From Octopus vulgaris (lineage: Eukaryota), in contig OX597815.1 in the NCBI GenBank assembly GCA_951406725.2, forward strand, positions 179,242,001 to 179,306,000: a stretch of 64,000 nucleotides of DNA. Direction: 5' to 3'. This document shows positions 13,906-28,700 of this stretch, piece by piece (within the stretch, counting starts at the first letter, position 1; every line of letters starts with the position of its first letter). The position numbers were made by a program, and so were the translations under genes. The notes beneath the pieces were generated by a model. That model ran no database searches. It had not been told where the DNA came from and worked only from the letters and a program-made list of their open reading frames with translations.

Positions 13906-15689
13906 ATCAAATGAATAAACGAATAAGCAATTAACGATCTAGGAAAATGTCTTTGATTCAAAATTCAGTTTATATTCAGTTTTTTACAAATTTCATGCTT
14001 TGAGCTTTTTCGAGTATTCGACTTTAAAATTCATTAACTTGTTATGCTCACACGGATGAATGAGCGATGTAATACACACATCTCTGTTCTTCAGGTCGAC
14101 TAAAACGATTCCAACTTACCTCGATGGTTAAGAATTGGATTTTGGTCCAAAAACTCATGAGCTCGCTACATGCATACATACATAATACATACATACAAAC
14201 ATACACACACACACATACACACACACACATATTTATGTATCGATAAATATTTTGAAGATATACCGAAAACATTCAAAACTTCGTGTGCAGAGCGATTATG
14301 AAGTGGGTTTAATGAGGGCGAGACTACTAAGAGAATCGTGCATGGTTTACTGTTTATGTCTAGTGAAATACAGAAAGTTGTACTTTACGGAAACGGGCGA
14401 AATAACAAGAACATAATTCTATACAGACTTTTATGTAAATAACTATGTGGGAGTGCTCAAATGCAAGAATCAACATTAAAAATTAGGATATAAAATTCAC
14501 TTACGGAAATGACTTGTAGTAATTATGTGGATAAATATTTTGTTATCACTGGGGAAATACGAAACATCGATCAGTTATTTTACGCCGCAAGTCGCGTCCA
14601 TTCAACTGATCTATCGGCCAACATAAACATGAATTATGTTAATGTTCTGTGGAGACATTTATACCTCAGTATATAACAATTCTTTCTTTTTCTGAATAAT
14701 TGTCATAGATTTTACATTTACTAAAGAAATTAATGTAAAAGAAGAAACCGCATAAATCTAGTTTCTTTTTCAATCACTTAATTGTCAAGCTCGGATTTTA
14801 ATCATACTGAAAGTGAATGTAATACATTCAGGCGAGAATTTTCACTCTATGGTATCAATAGTCTACCTAATTGGTGTAAACAAACCACAGGTGTCTGAGT
14901 CAACAGTCTGTTGGATTAACAGCCAAAGTGTAAAACCTTTTGCACAAGGTGAAGGCAAATCGACTGACATTGTGTCCATCAAATGTCTGTGTATATAGAC
15001 TCACTTTTTTGTTCTCTCTTTTTTCCCTTCTAACAGAATAAAAAAAAAACAAAGATGTTCTGGTATTAATCAAACAATGCAGCCAAAAGTACACCAAACA
15101 GTTCGATACAATTAACTGACCAGAAATCAATCTGTTCATTGATTTTCTTGCCGATTTCAGAAAATAAAATTCTAATAACAATTCTTTCAACTATAGGGCA
15201 CAAAGCCAGAAATTATGAGGGAAGCGGGAAAATCGATTACACCGACCTCTCTCCCTGGTTGGTATAAATGATCGATTCTAGAAGGATGAAAAGCAAAGTC
15301 GATTTCGACGGAATTTGAACTCAGATCGTAAAGAGCCAGAAGGAATGTTGCTAAAGTGTTTTGACGGACTCGCTAATGGTTCTGCCAGTTTGTCACCTTG
15401 AATAGTAATAATAATGATTTCTTTATTAATAACGAAGGGCTTTCATTCAGGTGGAAAATGGTGCACGAAGATACAATATGGTATGATAAAACGCGGAGTT
15501 ATACAAAGGCGTGCAAAATAAAGTAACAAAAACAAATAAACAAAAATTCCAACGAGAAAAATTCTTCAAATGGAGGGAGATCTCCAAGGAATGTTTGAGG
15601 ATACAATACAAAACCACGGTTTTCTTAACAACTAAGGCACGCGTCCTCTCTCCATTCTCTTCCCTCCATTTACAGGCTCAGAGCGTCCC

Positions 15690-16330
15690 CTTCTCTTGGA
15701 TGATCAATTATCTTTCAACAGCTTTGCTAGAAAATAACACATTCCTTTTTAATCTCATATCTCATTTCAAGTGGAACTTCAAAGAAGATGATGAGGGCTT
15801 GGCGAGAAGAAGAAAGTGTGCCAATTTGGTTCGTTGCACAACCCTTTTTGTTATGGCCAGCAGATAGATAAACACCTCCTTTCCTTCCTAACAAGGTAAT
15901 CTTCACAATAAACTGACCCGATAACCAAATTCATTCTAAACGTGACAGCAGTTGTTCGACATAAACCTAGAATTCAGTAATACTCGGGCACTGCAGAACA
16001 GTTTCGTCTCTCTGTACACCTCTCACACATCCCGCACAGCTTCGGCTGACGACACATCAATACATTTAGAGTTTATGTTGAGTAAGCAATGCCCCCACCT
16101 CACCCAAGTAGCACTGCCAGGTCAGAGGTTCCTGGAAACTTTCCATGGGCCTCGGCTCAAAAGTTCTTAGAAATAGAAAAAAAAACAGTTGATCGTCGTC
16201 GACGCCCAGAGTTTTCCCGAGCGAGTCGTCGTCCTTGCCCGCCACTAAACCTCCATAGAACATCAAAAGTGGGACCTTCACCTACCGATTTCTCGACTGG
16301 CAGGGGACTGTGGGCGTCTGGCGGCACTCC
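15690..16330 (-). pseudogene. Possible decayed L1/Tx1-like LINE ORF2 C-terminal fragments
   Basis: Minus-strand peptide FHLK*DMRLKRNVLFSSKAVER resembles Tx1-like C-termini; GC content is raised. Weak. Confidence 0.3.
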
Positions 16331-16424
16331 AGGTGCCAGCATATATGCATATACATATATGTATTTATTATTTTATACTTAAATATATGTATATTATATA
16401 TTTATATTTAGCTATAAATTTATA

Positions 16425-16815
16425 CTAGCAGTATCGCCCGGCGTTGCTCGGGTTTGTTTCGACCCTTTAGAATTGGAATTTTTGAACAGTAAAAATTTTG
16501 CATTATGTAGCTTGTTATTCTCTTTAAGTGAACATTTTTCTGGTTGAAATACACCGAAAAATGGCGACACAGCAGTCAAAAAATCGTAAAAAATAGGGAT
16601 TTTCATAGAAAAAAAGCACCTTTTGATGTAAATAATTTTTGGTGTTAACATTGTCCGATTTGAATTTTATTTTCTACGGAAGGAAGAGCAAGCCTTTTTC
16701 TATCAAACTCTCAATTTTGGTCAACTTGCGCCGCAGAGTCTCGGAGGAGATAGTGTTAGTTGAAGGCTACCAAACCTGCCACACACAGACAACTTCAGCT
16801 TTATATATATATAGA
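16425..16815 (-). mobile_element. Non-autonomous Helitron
   Basis: Minus strand 5' TC(TATATATATAAAG)... and 3' hairpin CCCGAGCAACGCCGGG followed 9 nt later by CTAG. Inserted between A and T, no TSD. Confidence 0.8.
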
Positions 16816-17445
16816 TATATAGATATGATATATACTTATATTAATATACATAATATACCTATATTGTATATAAATGTGTGCATGTATGTATAAACACAAA
16901 CACACACACACACACACACACATAAATGTATTTGTATGTGTGTGTGTGTGTGTGTGTGTGCGTGCGTATGTGTATGTGTCTGTGTGTGTGTGCGTGAACA
17001 CGTGCCAGTGTGTAGGCTCTGAATTAGCATTTGTGCCAATGTTTTTGAGAAGAATACAAACATTACTCATCTCGCTCTGGATAATCGATAGTTATTACAA
17101 GCAATATCAAGTTCTATGGTACACACTGCCATTTATGTAGATGGTTATGCTGCGGAAAGAGTAAACTGTCCAATTACGAATGAATGAATTACTGTTCCAC
17201 GTTGGTGTCAGTTATATAGAAAGTTTACAAAGAGGTGTATAGACTATAAATAAACGGCAATTGCATTGCATCTTTCGTCCTGCATAAGAACACTTCAAAA
17301 TGGCTGAATCGGTTGTTTATCATACCAAGCAATCAGTCAACCTGTCGCTCGTTTCTTTCCTGTTTTATGCTGTGCTTACGGTCAATACTTATAATTCTTG
17401 GCGATGGGGAGAGAGAATCTCTACGTCGTTCTTTGAACCATATGA

Positions 17446-17497
17446 AACACACACACACACACACACACACGTATATACATACACACATATATGTATG

Positions 17498-17532
<35 letters not shown>

Positions 17533-19020
17533 CATACACGCACACCTACTCACACACACACATACACACACACACATACCCGCACACACACACACATACA
17601 TACATACACACACATACCCACTTCAGACATACACACACACAGACATACACCCATACACCCACACTCACACGCATACACACACACACATACACACGCACAC
17701 GTACACATACACACACACACACACCCACATACATACATTACACTTGTATACGCACACACATTCATACACACACACACCTACACAGCCATACCCTCACTCA
17801 GACACACACATCTACCTACACACACACAAACACACACTGACACACACCCATATATAGATACATCTACACACTCACGCCTACACACATACATACACACATA
17901 CATAAACACACACACATACACATACACACACATACGCACACACGCATATACTTATACACATGCACACACACACACATACATACACCCATATACATACACA
18001 CACACATACCTACATACTCCTATACGCACATACATACACACAGACATACACACATACACACTCACACAAACATACACACACACATACTTACACACACACT
18101 CACCTGCACGCGCACACACATGCATGACAAACACTCATACACTCACACTCACATACGCACACACCAACATAAACACGCACACGCACACACACACCTACAC
18201 TCCCACACACATACACACGCACCTACATACACACACGCACGCATACACACGCATACACACATACATTACACACGTACACACACACCTACATACACATGCA
18301 CACACACACACACACAAACATGCACGGACACACCCAGACATACATACATACACCTATATACACACGCCTACACACCTACATACACACACATATACACACG
18401 CCCACACAGCTACATACACACACATACATACACACATACACGGACACACCCATACATACTTACATACATACACCTATACACACACGCCTACACACCTACA
18501 CACACACATGCACACACACACACATGTACGCACATACACACACATATACGCACACACATATATACCCACACACATGCACACACACACACATACGCACATA
18601 CATGCACGCATGCACACGCGCACACCTACACGCATACACACACACACACGCACGTACACATACATACATACACACACGCATACATACACCCATACACATA
18701 CATGCATCCTACACACACATACATACACACTCACACATACATACACACACACGCACTCACTCACACACCTGTATGTTCGCGCACACACATGCACATACAC
18801 ACACTTCCCCACACCCACACGTACATACATACACACTCATACACACATACACACACACACACACACACGGACATACATCTATGCACACACATATATACAC
18901 ACATACTCACATACATTCATCGGACACACTGCCACCCAGACATACACACAGACACACTCACACATCCACACGCACACATACGTACGCGCACACTCGCAGG
19001 CTCGCGCACACACGCGTTTG
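17446..19020. repeat. Long degenerate (CA)n/(CATA)n low-complexity tract
   Basis: Direct reading; source of the His/Thr-rich spurious ORFs. Confidence 0.95.
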
Positions 19021-19737
19021 CGCCGGTTCGCGCACGCATGCGCCCGCATGCACCTCGCCCTTGGATCCGACGAGACCTCCCGCCCGTTCCTGGGATGTCG
19101 CGTGTCGTTGGGTTTTCCCACGCCCGTCTCCGCGGGACCACTCCTCCATCTTCCCCTCCGCTGGAGTCCTTTTCCTAAACCCCCCCCCCCCCTTTTTTTT
19201 CGTTACACACACGCGCACACATATACACACATTGCTTAAACATATACCTCACTCTTACACACATTCAATCTACTCGCCACTAATACTACCACGACACTGG
19301 ACACACACACACACTACCACTCAACACACGCTGGCACGCTACATACGCCCCCACCCCTTCCCCTCCCTCCCTTCCTCCTTCCTCCCTTTTCTCACTACTG
19401 ACCTTTGTCTGCTATGCTGCTGCTATGCTGACCACCGTCTCGCCCTACCTCACACGCCTACACACAGACGCACACACTAACACATACATATATTTTTTGT
19501 TTTTTACCTCGCCTCACACACACACATACACACACGCACACGCACACACTCACACATACACACACATCTGTTGCGTTACCAACCTTGTCTCCACTCTTTT
19601 GCCTTTAAAAACCCACTTTGCTCTTGTTATCGTAAACATCCGCCTTTCACCATGTGCTTCTGCTAACACCAGCCGTTTTTTTCTCTATCTCCGTTGCCCG
19701 CTCCGGGATCTTTCTTTCCTCTCTCTTCCTTCTTTAT

Positions 19738-19772
19738 GTTTCCGACGAAGAGCTCCGCTCGAAACGTCATAC
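19738..19772 (+). ncRNA. Hammerhead ribozyme motif, family A (GUC site), within a unit at ~19660-19865
   Basis: GTTT-CCGACGA-AGAGCTCCGCTC-GAAACGTC-ATAC; one mismatch in stem I. Confidence 0.6.
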
Positions 19773-19858
19773 CTTCCTGCTTCCATTTCCTGAGCGCCTA
19801 TTAATAATAATACTGTAATTGTTCCCTTGTTGTTGTTTTTTTGTTTCCCGTTTGGATT

Positions 19859-19894
<36 letters not shown>

Positions 19895-19959
19895 ATTGTG
19901 TCGTCTTCTCAATGTTTCACGTTCTTGTCCCGTTTGTATATTTTTTTACTTTTACATAA

Positions 19960-19998
<39 letters not shown>

Positions 19999-20537
19999 CG
20001 TGTGTGTCTGTATGTCTGTATGTCTGTATGTGTGTGTACGTTTATGAATTTGTTTTGCAAGTTTTTTGATGTGAAATCTTGTGCTGAAACAGATATTGTT
20101 ATACTTGGGGATGGCCATATTTTGCCAGTTAAACACACACATAATATATGTCTAGTCTTTACATTAAATATTACAAAAAATACAGTACAGTACTGTTTCT
20201 ACTTCGCGGATTTTCACCTATCGCGGTGGTTTTGGAACGTAACTCCCGCGATAGTCGAGGGATGACTGTAGTGTATAAATAAGAAGCAAAACAAGTAACA
20301 AACTCCGAGAAAACCAAGCCTATGTACGTATGTATGTATTAATAATAATAATAATAATCGAAGTGAACGAGAACTACAGAAACGAAAATATTGGTTTAAA
20401 ATTTTAGCAGAAGGCCAGCAAGTTCGGGATGCTCAATCGGTTCCTATTTCATCGATCTCGGAAGAAGGAAAGGCAAAAATCGACGGCGGCGGGATTTGAG
20501 CTCAGACTGTAAAGGCAGACGATATGCCGTGTAGCGA

Positions 20538-20780
20538 GTTGGCTGAAGGCGGCGAGCTGGCTGAAGGCGGCGAGCTGGCAGAAGGCGGCGAGCTGGCTGA
20601 AGGCGGCGAGCTGGCAGAAGGCGGCGAGCTGGCAGAAGGCGGCGAGCTGGCAGAAGGCGGCGAGCTGGCAGAAGGCGGCGAGCTGGCAGAAGGCGGCGAG
20701 CTGGCAGAAGGCGGCGAGCTGGCTGAAGGCGGCGAGCTGGCAGAAGGCGGCGAGCTGGCAGAAGGCGGCGAGCTGGCAGA
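20538..20780 (+). repeat. 18-bp tandem array GAAGGCGGCGAGCTGGC(A/T) x~13, amplified from the S3 SINE head
   Basis: The unit equals the 5' end (A-box region) of the S3 SINE that follows immediately. Confidence 0.9.
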
Positions 20781-20995
20781 AACGTTAGCACGCCGGGCGA
20801 AATGTCTTGCCGTATTTCGTCTGCCGTTACGTTCTGAGTTCAAATTCCGCCCAGGTCGACTTTGCCTTTCATCCTTTCGGGGTCGATTAAATAAGTACCA
20901 GTTACGCACTGGGGTCGATGTAATCGACTTAATCCGTTTGTCTGTCCTTGTTTGTCCCCTCTATGTTTAGCCCCTTGTGGGTAATAAAGAAACAG
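20763..20995 (+). mobile_element. tRNA-derived SINE, family S3
   Basis: GGCGGCGAGCTGGCAGAAACGTTAGC...GAGTTCAAATTCC (B box)...GCCTTTCATCCTTTCGGGGTCGAT...AATAAAGAAA. GATATGCCGTGTAGC is duplicated on both sides of array+SINE (20521, 20995). Confidence 0.9.
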
Positions 20996-21800
20996 ATATG
21001 CCGTGTAGCATTTTTCCTGGCGTACCAGCGATTCTGCCAGCTCGCCCCACCCCTTTACGCAGAAACGAAAATATGAATGAGCAGGAATACGAGGTGGATT
21101 TAAAATAGAAAAATCTTCAAGTTGGAAAATTTGAATGCTACAATAATCAATACAAAGAAATAGCTAAAGGATTAAAATAGACATGAAATATTCCGACAGA
21201 CCAACAATGATCCCTGAGATAAAACTAAATAAAAGAACAGTAACGATAACAGAAATAAAAGAGAAACAAATGGAAACGAAGTTTATGATGTTTAGGAATC
21301 TGCCCGTAGTGGACTTCGTGAAAGTAGATCCGAAGATCATGACAAATAAGAGATGCAGTAGTCGCACTAATCCGATAAGAATCTCTAAAGATTGTGGAAT
21401 ATAAGCATACAAAAAAGATCCCAATTTTTAATCTTTGATGGAATAAAAAAAAAAGCAAAAAAGAAATGGCAAAAATAAAAAGAAGGAAAAATTACTATAT
21501 CCAAACAGCAATAAAAAAACAAAAAAAAAGTGATCAAAATCAAAGAATGTCAAAGTCAAAGAGAAGAAATCCGTCTTTATGAAAAACGAAACCAATTCTT
21601 TGATGAAAATTAACATTTTGATTCCAACAAAAACGTTACTATGAGGTGGGCAAAACCAAAATTTAGATTAATGCATCGCTAGCAACAGCACGAGCAGCAG
21701 GTTTTTGGTCAGAGTACGGACAGCAAATAAATAGCCAGAAAAAGAATGTTCCATTGCTGTTCGTTATCTTCGCCTCATGTTGTCAACTCTAATTAATATA

Positions 21801-22321
21801 GGAGCACTCCGTCGGTTACGACGACGACGAGGGTTCCAGCTGATACGATCAACGGAACAGCCTTCTCGTGAAATTAACGCGCGGCTGAGCACTCCACAGA
21901 CACGTGTACCCATAACGTAGTTCCTAGGGAGATTCAGCGTGAAACAGAGTGTGACAAGGCCGGCCCTTTGAAATACAAGTACAGCACATTTTTGCCAGCT
22001 GAATGGACTGGAGCAACGTGAAATAAAGTGTCTTGCTCAAGGATACAACGCGTCGCCGGAAATCGAACTCACGAGCTTACAATCGTGAGCCGTTACAAGG
22101 ATGGCCCCTCTGAAATACAGGTACAACAGAAACAGGAAGAAAGAGTGAGGGAAATTTGTGGTGAAAGAGTACAGCAGGGTTCGTCCCCCCCCCCCGCCGG
22201 AGCCTTGTGGTTCTTCAGGTGTTTTCACTCAATAAACACTTACAACGCCCGGTCTGGGAATCGAAACCGCGATCCCTCGACCGCGAGTCCGCTGCTCTAA
22301 CCACTGGGCCAGTGCGCCTCT
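21801..22321 (-). mobile_element. Composite S2 SINE (S2 head, second tRNA-like head, S2 tail)
   Basis: S2 head at 22321-22100; second head GAGTTCGATTTCC...CCTTGAGCAAGAC at 22090-22000; shared tail to 21801. Confidence 0.75.
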
Positions 22322-22733
22322 ACACAAATACTTAGGAATTAACGAACATGTAACTGTTAAAAGGAAACTAATACCAATACAAAACGACACAGAGTAAAGA
22401 CAGAAACGTGAAAGAAAGTTTCTTCTCTGTCTTGAAAGAAGCCAAGAAATGTGAAGCTGAAAAGCGAGAGTTCAAAGAAAGGTCAGAAATGGTGTCATCG
22501 AACGACAGAGAACCATACGCGTAGACAAACCAATTTATACCAACAAGGAAATTAATGCAAGTCTTTTAAATATTTTCGTCAATGTTCATTATGCTCTGTC
22601 TCTTCGTCATTGTATCTATTCCAGCAATTGTCAATATAAGTCTACGAGGCATGATGTAAATGACCAAATGTAAAGACTGAGAGACAGATTGAAGAATTAT
22701 AGATAAATATCCAAAGAAAATGCCAGGATTTAC

Positions 22734-22893
22734 AGGAGTGGCTGTGTGGTAAGTAGCTTGCTTACCAACCACATGGTTCCGGGTTCAGTCCCACTGCGTA
22801 GCACCTTGGGCAAGTGTCTTCTACTATAGCCTCGGGCCGACCAAAGCCTTGTGAGTGGATTTGATAGCCGGAAACTGAAAGAAGCCCGTCGTA

Positions 22894-22978
<85 letters not shown>

Positions 22979-23197
22979 TTGTGTGTCTGTATTTGTCCCC
23001 CTAGCATTGCTTGACAACCGATGCTGGTGTGTTTATGTCCCCATTACTTAGCGGTTCGGCAAAAGAGACCGATAGAATAAGTACTGGGCTTACAAAGAAT
23101 AAGTCCCGGGGTCGAGTTGCTCGACTAAAGGCGGTGCTCCAGCATGGCTGGCCGCAGTCAAATGACTGAAACAAGTAAAAGAGTAAAGAGTAAGAGT
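22734..23197 (+). mobile_element. Full-length SINE family S1
   Basis: A/B boxes, CCTTGGGCAAG, internal (TA)n(TG)n, (AGAGTA)n tail. Confidence 0.9.
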
Positions 23198-23439
23198 ATA
23201 CGGAAATTAGCACGACTGCACACATTGTATATAAAGTATCTTCAACAGCACGAAGAACATTCTGAAATGCCGTCCGTTGAGCAGCAAATGGGAATAAACA
23301 TGCAATGAAGATATCTTTTACTTGTTTCAGTCATTGGACTGCGGCCATGCTGGGGCACTGCTTTGAAGAATTTTTAGCCAAATGAATCGACCCCAGTATT
23401 TATTTATTTTTATTTTTGTAAGACTGTTATTTATTGTAG

Positions 23440-23705
23440 TGGAGGTGCAGTGGCCGAGTGGTTAGGGTAGCGGACACGTGTTCGGAGGATCGCGGTTTCG
23501 ATTCCCAGACCGGGCGTTGTGTGTGTATATTGAGCGAAAACACTTAAAAAAGCTCCACGATGCTCCGACAGGGCGTGGTGGCGACACCTGTTGTACTCTT
23601 TCGCCCCAACTTTCTCTCACTCTCTCTTTCTGTTTCTTGAGTAACGCTGCGATGGACTGCCACAGAAACCGGGAAACCGGGCCCATGAGTCTGGCTAGGC
23701 TTGAA
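23440..23705 (+). mobile_element. S2-headed SINE with alternative tail
   Basis: GGAGGTGCAGTGGCCGAGTGGTTAGG...GGTTTCGATTCCCAGACCGGGCG. Confidence 0.75.
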
Positions 23706-24114
23706 AATGGCGACATTTTTTTATTCATTGCACGGGTTCCTTTTGCTGAATCACTTAGCTACGGGAACGTAAACACACCAATACCGGTTGTCAAACAGTC
23801 CTAGTAGACAAACACAAAGACAAAGACACACACACATGTGCGCGCGCGATTATGTAAGCTCATACAAAGAGGTTCTTTCAGTTTCCGTGTATCAAATCCA
23901 CACATAAGGCCTTAATCGGCCAGAGGCAGCAGTAGAAGACTCTTGCTCAAGAAGCCACGTTGTGAGATTGAACCCGAAACCATATAGTTGGGAAGCGCGT
24001 CTGTTACCGCAAAGAGGCACGCCTGTGCTTATACCGTTACTAAAATATTTCTAACATATGCACCAAAAGCTTCAAATCTGTGGGTTTGGTGAGCTGGGCC
24101 AGTTCGATATACTC

Positions 24115-24335
24115 TGGTGGCAGAAACGTTAGCACGCCAGGCGAAATGCTTATAGGTATTTCGTCTGCCGCTACGATCTGAGTTCAAATTCCGCTGAGGT
24201 CGACTTTGCCTTTCATCATTTCGAGGTCGATAAATTAAGTACCAGTTACGCACTGGGGACGATGTAATCGACTTAATCCGTTTGTCTGTCCTTGTTTGTC
24301 CCCTCTATGTTTAGCCCCTAATAAAGAAATAGGTA
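24115..24335 (+). mobile_element. SINE family S3
   Basis: Matches the 20763 copy. Confidence 0.85.
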
Positions 24336-24985
24336 TTTAAGTGATACATAGTTTATTGATACATAGTTTATTGACCCCGAAACGGTGACATGTGAAATCA
24401 ATTCCAACAAGATTCGAGACCAACAGATAAAGAAATTTGACCCAATATTACACGACAATATGTCCAATGATATATCACTTCTGCTTGTTCAACGCTCTTT
24501 TAATACTGTGAAATATTGTTGCTGAACGAAATTTAATATCGTTGCTAAGAGATGAATTCAATTAACGTGAGATTGCTGGAGAGGCCTTACAGCGGCAATA
24601 ACATAACGACGTTGCTCATAAAATATTCTTAGGGCAGAAAGCAACACGCTTTACAAGACACAGGAGTTTTGTGTGTATAATTCAAAAGGTTACTGGTACT
24701 TATGTTCAATGCTAATGCTTTGGAAAATAATATTGAAAACACTGCTAAAAGCTTTTGAGGAGAAATCATCGAAATAAACTGTAAAGGGTTTCATAACTAG
24801 AAACTAATAAACAGCTTTATAATTAAACATAAATTAAGGACTTTAATTACTTGTTCTTAATTAAGTTCTTCATCCTAGCTACTGACATTAATAAATCTCA
24901 TTTCAACCACTGGAAATCTTCATATTTCTTTTAGAGTAAAACTTCAAAGATAAGTAGGACACTTCAGGTTTACACATACACACAC

Positions 24986-25025
<40 letters not shown>

Positions 25026-25122
25026 GCACACACATATATATAGCACATATATGTATCTATTATACATATATATATATACACACATATGTATATAGTATAT
25101 ATACACATATATATATATACGT

Positions 25123-25157
<35 letters not shown>

Positions 25158-25205
25158 AATTATTTATGAATATATATATATACACATATATTTATTGTAT
25201 ATATA

Positions 25206-26325
25206 TATTGGCAAATGTTGGAATCCGTGGAAAACTTCTACACTGGATTAAGTATTTCCTGGCAAATAGAACACAACATGTTGTAGTTGATGGAGTCCAC
25301 TCAAGCCCAGTAAAAGTCAACAGCGGTGTCCCCCAGGGGATTGACTTGGGTCCGCTACTCTTCATAATTTACATAAACGACTTTTCCAGTGTCGTACATT
25401 ACTGCAAATTTGCTGATGACACTAAGCTCCAGCAAATCGTCAATGAAGAAGCAGACCGAACTCAACTCCAGTCTGATCTATATGCTGTGAGTCAATGGGC
25501 AGACAGAAACAAAATGCAACTGAACGAGGGAAAATTTGAGCTGATGCATTTTGGAAGAAATTCCTCACTAAAACAGCCATACTCTCTTCCTTCAGGGGAA
25601 CCGCTCACAGCCTCTAACAATATCAGAGACCTGGGTGTAATTGTTGATGACGATCTCAGTTGGAGTGCACACATCAACAAGAAAGTCGATATAGCTCGTA
25701 GGATGAGTTCCTGGATCTTAAGAACTTTCCGGTCCAGAGAACAAGGTGTCATCATATACAAGACAAAACATCTCGAGGATTGAATCTTCCCAGAGGGCAC
25801 TCACTAAACGAATTGAAGGCATGGCTGCTCTCGATTATTGCGACCGCCTTAAAGCCTTGAAACTCTACTCTCTCCAGCGTCGCCGTGAGCGGTACATCAT
25901 TTGTACGATGTGGAGAATATACCGCCAACTTTGCCCAAACGACCTGAACATTAGCTTCAAGGTTCATCCAAGACTGGGACCACGGGCCATACGTCCCTTG
26001 CCCAATTCAAGATCACAGCATATATGTACATTGCAACATAATTTCTTTTCCTCAACAGGCCCTGCCCTATTTAACATTGTCCCGAAAGAGATCAAAGAGG
26101 AAAAGGATCCCATCAACTTTAAACGGAGTCTGGGTAGATTCCTTCAAGGAATACCAGATAAGCCACCCATAATTGGATACAACTCACCCAACAAAAACTC
26201 ACTACTTGAATGGACCATAAACAAAACTTGACTTAAACAGGATTTAGATAATCCTATCAGGTGGTGCTATTAAGTTAGACATGGCCTGGACCAATCTTTG
26301 GTCGAAACATATCTAAGTTTATCTA

Positions 26326-26330
<5 letters not shown>
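25206..26330 (+). mobile_element. 5'-truncated CR1-group LINE (RT C-terminal half plus 3' UTR), frameshifted
   Basis: [53 protein letters not shown] motifs. Terminal tandem ATCTAAGTTT x2. Flanked by (TA)n. Confidence 0.9.
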
Positions 26331-26381
<51 letters not shown>

Positions 26382-26431
26382 AATAAATGAAATAATAGAG
26401 TTGAACGACGAATTAATAAAATTCCTTTATT

Positions 26432-26510
26432 TTCGACATATGTTTCGAAGGCTGCATATTCCTAATTTCGAAGGAATAAGGGGTGCATTATGCCACCTTC
26501 TCATTAGGAA
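26432..26510 (-). ncRNA. Hammerhead ribozyme motif with long stem II (G5A core variant, probably inactive)
   Basis: TTC-CTAATGA-GAAGG...CCTTC-GAAAC-ATAT-GTC-GAA, followed by AATAAA. Confidence 0.6.
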
Positions 26511-26693
26511 AAACAAGGAACTTATGTCAGCATCAAGATGCACAAAAACTATTAGATGACTGCCCACACGGAGCCCATAGCGATAATCTCTGCCCTAGGC
26601 ATGTAGCTTCAACCGTGTTTTTCTGACGTGAATTTGCTACCCAGGTATCGGTTAACCGAATTATCCATAATAAGATAATTCATTCAACTACTC

Positions 26694-27480
<787 letters not shown>

Positions 27481-27876
27481 TTTACGATTGGACTGTGGAA
27501 TACCTGACAGACATTCGGGGTTATGGGGTATTGATATGTGATTTGGATGGAAGAGTATTGTTTCAACATTGAAACAAACTTTTGTCGGCCAATAATTTCC
27601 AGAGTAATCACAATAAACGAAAAAAGCTACGGTGGTTTTCTTATTAAAAGTTTTACTCTTCGTGAGTTTAACCCATCAAGTGCCAAATTTTTAAATTCAT
27701 ATTTTTTGGCTTTGCCAGGTGTCTTAGAAGTTAAAATAATATATGGTATTTAAATTTTCTTCATATGTGAATTATTTTGGAAATTATGATAAATTTTTTG
27801 AAAAGTCTCCAGCCTTGGCCGATGTTTGGAAGACCACCGGTCCAAGTTTCTGGCTGAGTGCAATTCCGCTCTATAT

Positions 27877-28110
27877 CTATTTCTTTATTACCCACAAGGG
27901 GTTAAACATAGAGGGGACAAACAAGGACAGACATAGGTATTAAGTCGATTACATCGACCCCAGTGTGTAACTGGTACTTAGTTTATCGACCTCGAAATTT
28001 GAAAGGCAAAGTCGACCTCGGCGGAATTTGAACTCGCAACGTAACGGCAGACGAAATACCGCAAAGCATTTCGCCCGGAGTACTGACGCTTCTGCCAGCT
28101 CGCCGCCCTT
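27877..28110 (-). mobile_element. SINE family S3
   Basis: Reverse complement of the S3 consensus. Confidence 0.85.
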
Positions 28111-28114
28111 ATAC

Positions 28115-28700
28115 CGCTCTATACCATGATGGTCTGTTCTCCCCATGAGTCTCTCTCCAACATACAGACATCGACATGACGTTAACCCCCTCTTCTCTAA
28201 CCCTAGCTCTGCTATCTACCACAGAAATGCAATATCGAATTTTGTCAAAGAAGGCTACAGTCCCCCTGTCACCAGTTCTGACGTTTTTGAGTCCACTCCA
28301 GACGTGCCCGTCGATGAGGATCTGTGAGGCTTGGGCCTCTGGCCGAACGTCGACAAGACAGGGTGGAAGATTTCAGCCGGTGACGAACTGATTCTGCACA
28401 AATGGGTCTGTGGTGAGTCCCTATGGTCTGCCTAGCTGATTCCGTTATCCTCTGGAATCGGTCCTGCAAGTGCTGCCGGTGCAGGTAGTGATCTTGCCGT
28501 ACCGTTGTAACCCTCGGTCGTCCACTGCCTGGACCGTCATCCGCGCTGTTTTTGACATTATATCAGCAGCTCAATTTTCCGAATATTGCTGTTCAAGTCG
28601 TTAGCAATGACCCATGAACGTTGACCAGCATGGAGGCGTCCGAGGGCTTGCTCCCTCTGATTTCGTGTCCGTCTTGCTGCGTTCGGGAAGCGAATGACAG
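28115..28700 (-). pseudogene. Tc1-family transposase relic (HTH domains and start of DDE)
   Basis: NQREQALGRLHAG, GRPRVTT.RQD, ICAESVRHRL...SLTDPHRRARLEW..KRQNW pieces with stops and frameshifts. Confidence 0.75.

Noticed and set aside
12116-13914. Long His/Thr/Tyr/Ile ORFs (up to 364 aa)
   Set aside because: Translations of (CATA)n microsatellite, open in many frames.
18120-19480. 352-394 aa HT-rich ORFs
   Set aside because: Stop-free (CA)n low-complexity DNA.
20444-20970. ELAEGG/SASSPP repeat proteins or a CRISPR-like array
   Set aside because: Contiguous 18-bp tandem copies of a SINE head, with no spacers and no cas genes.
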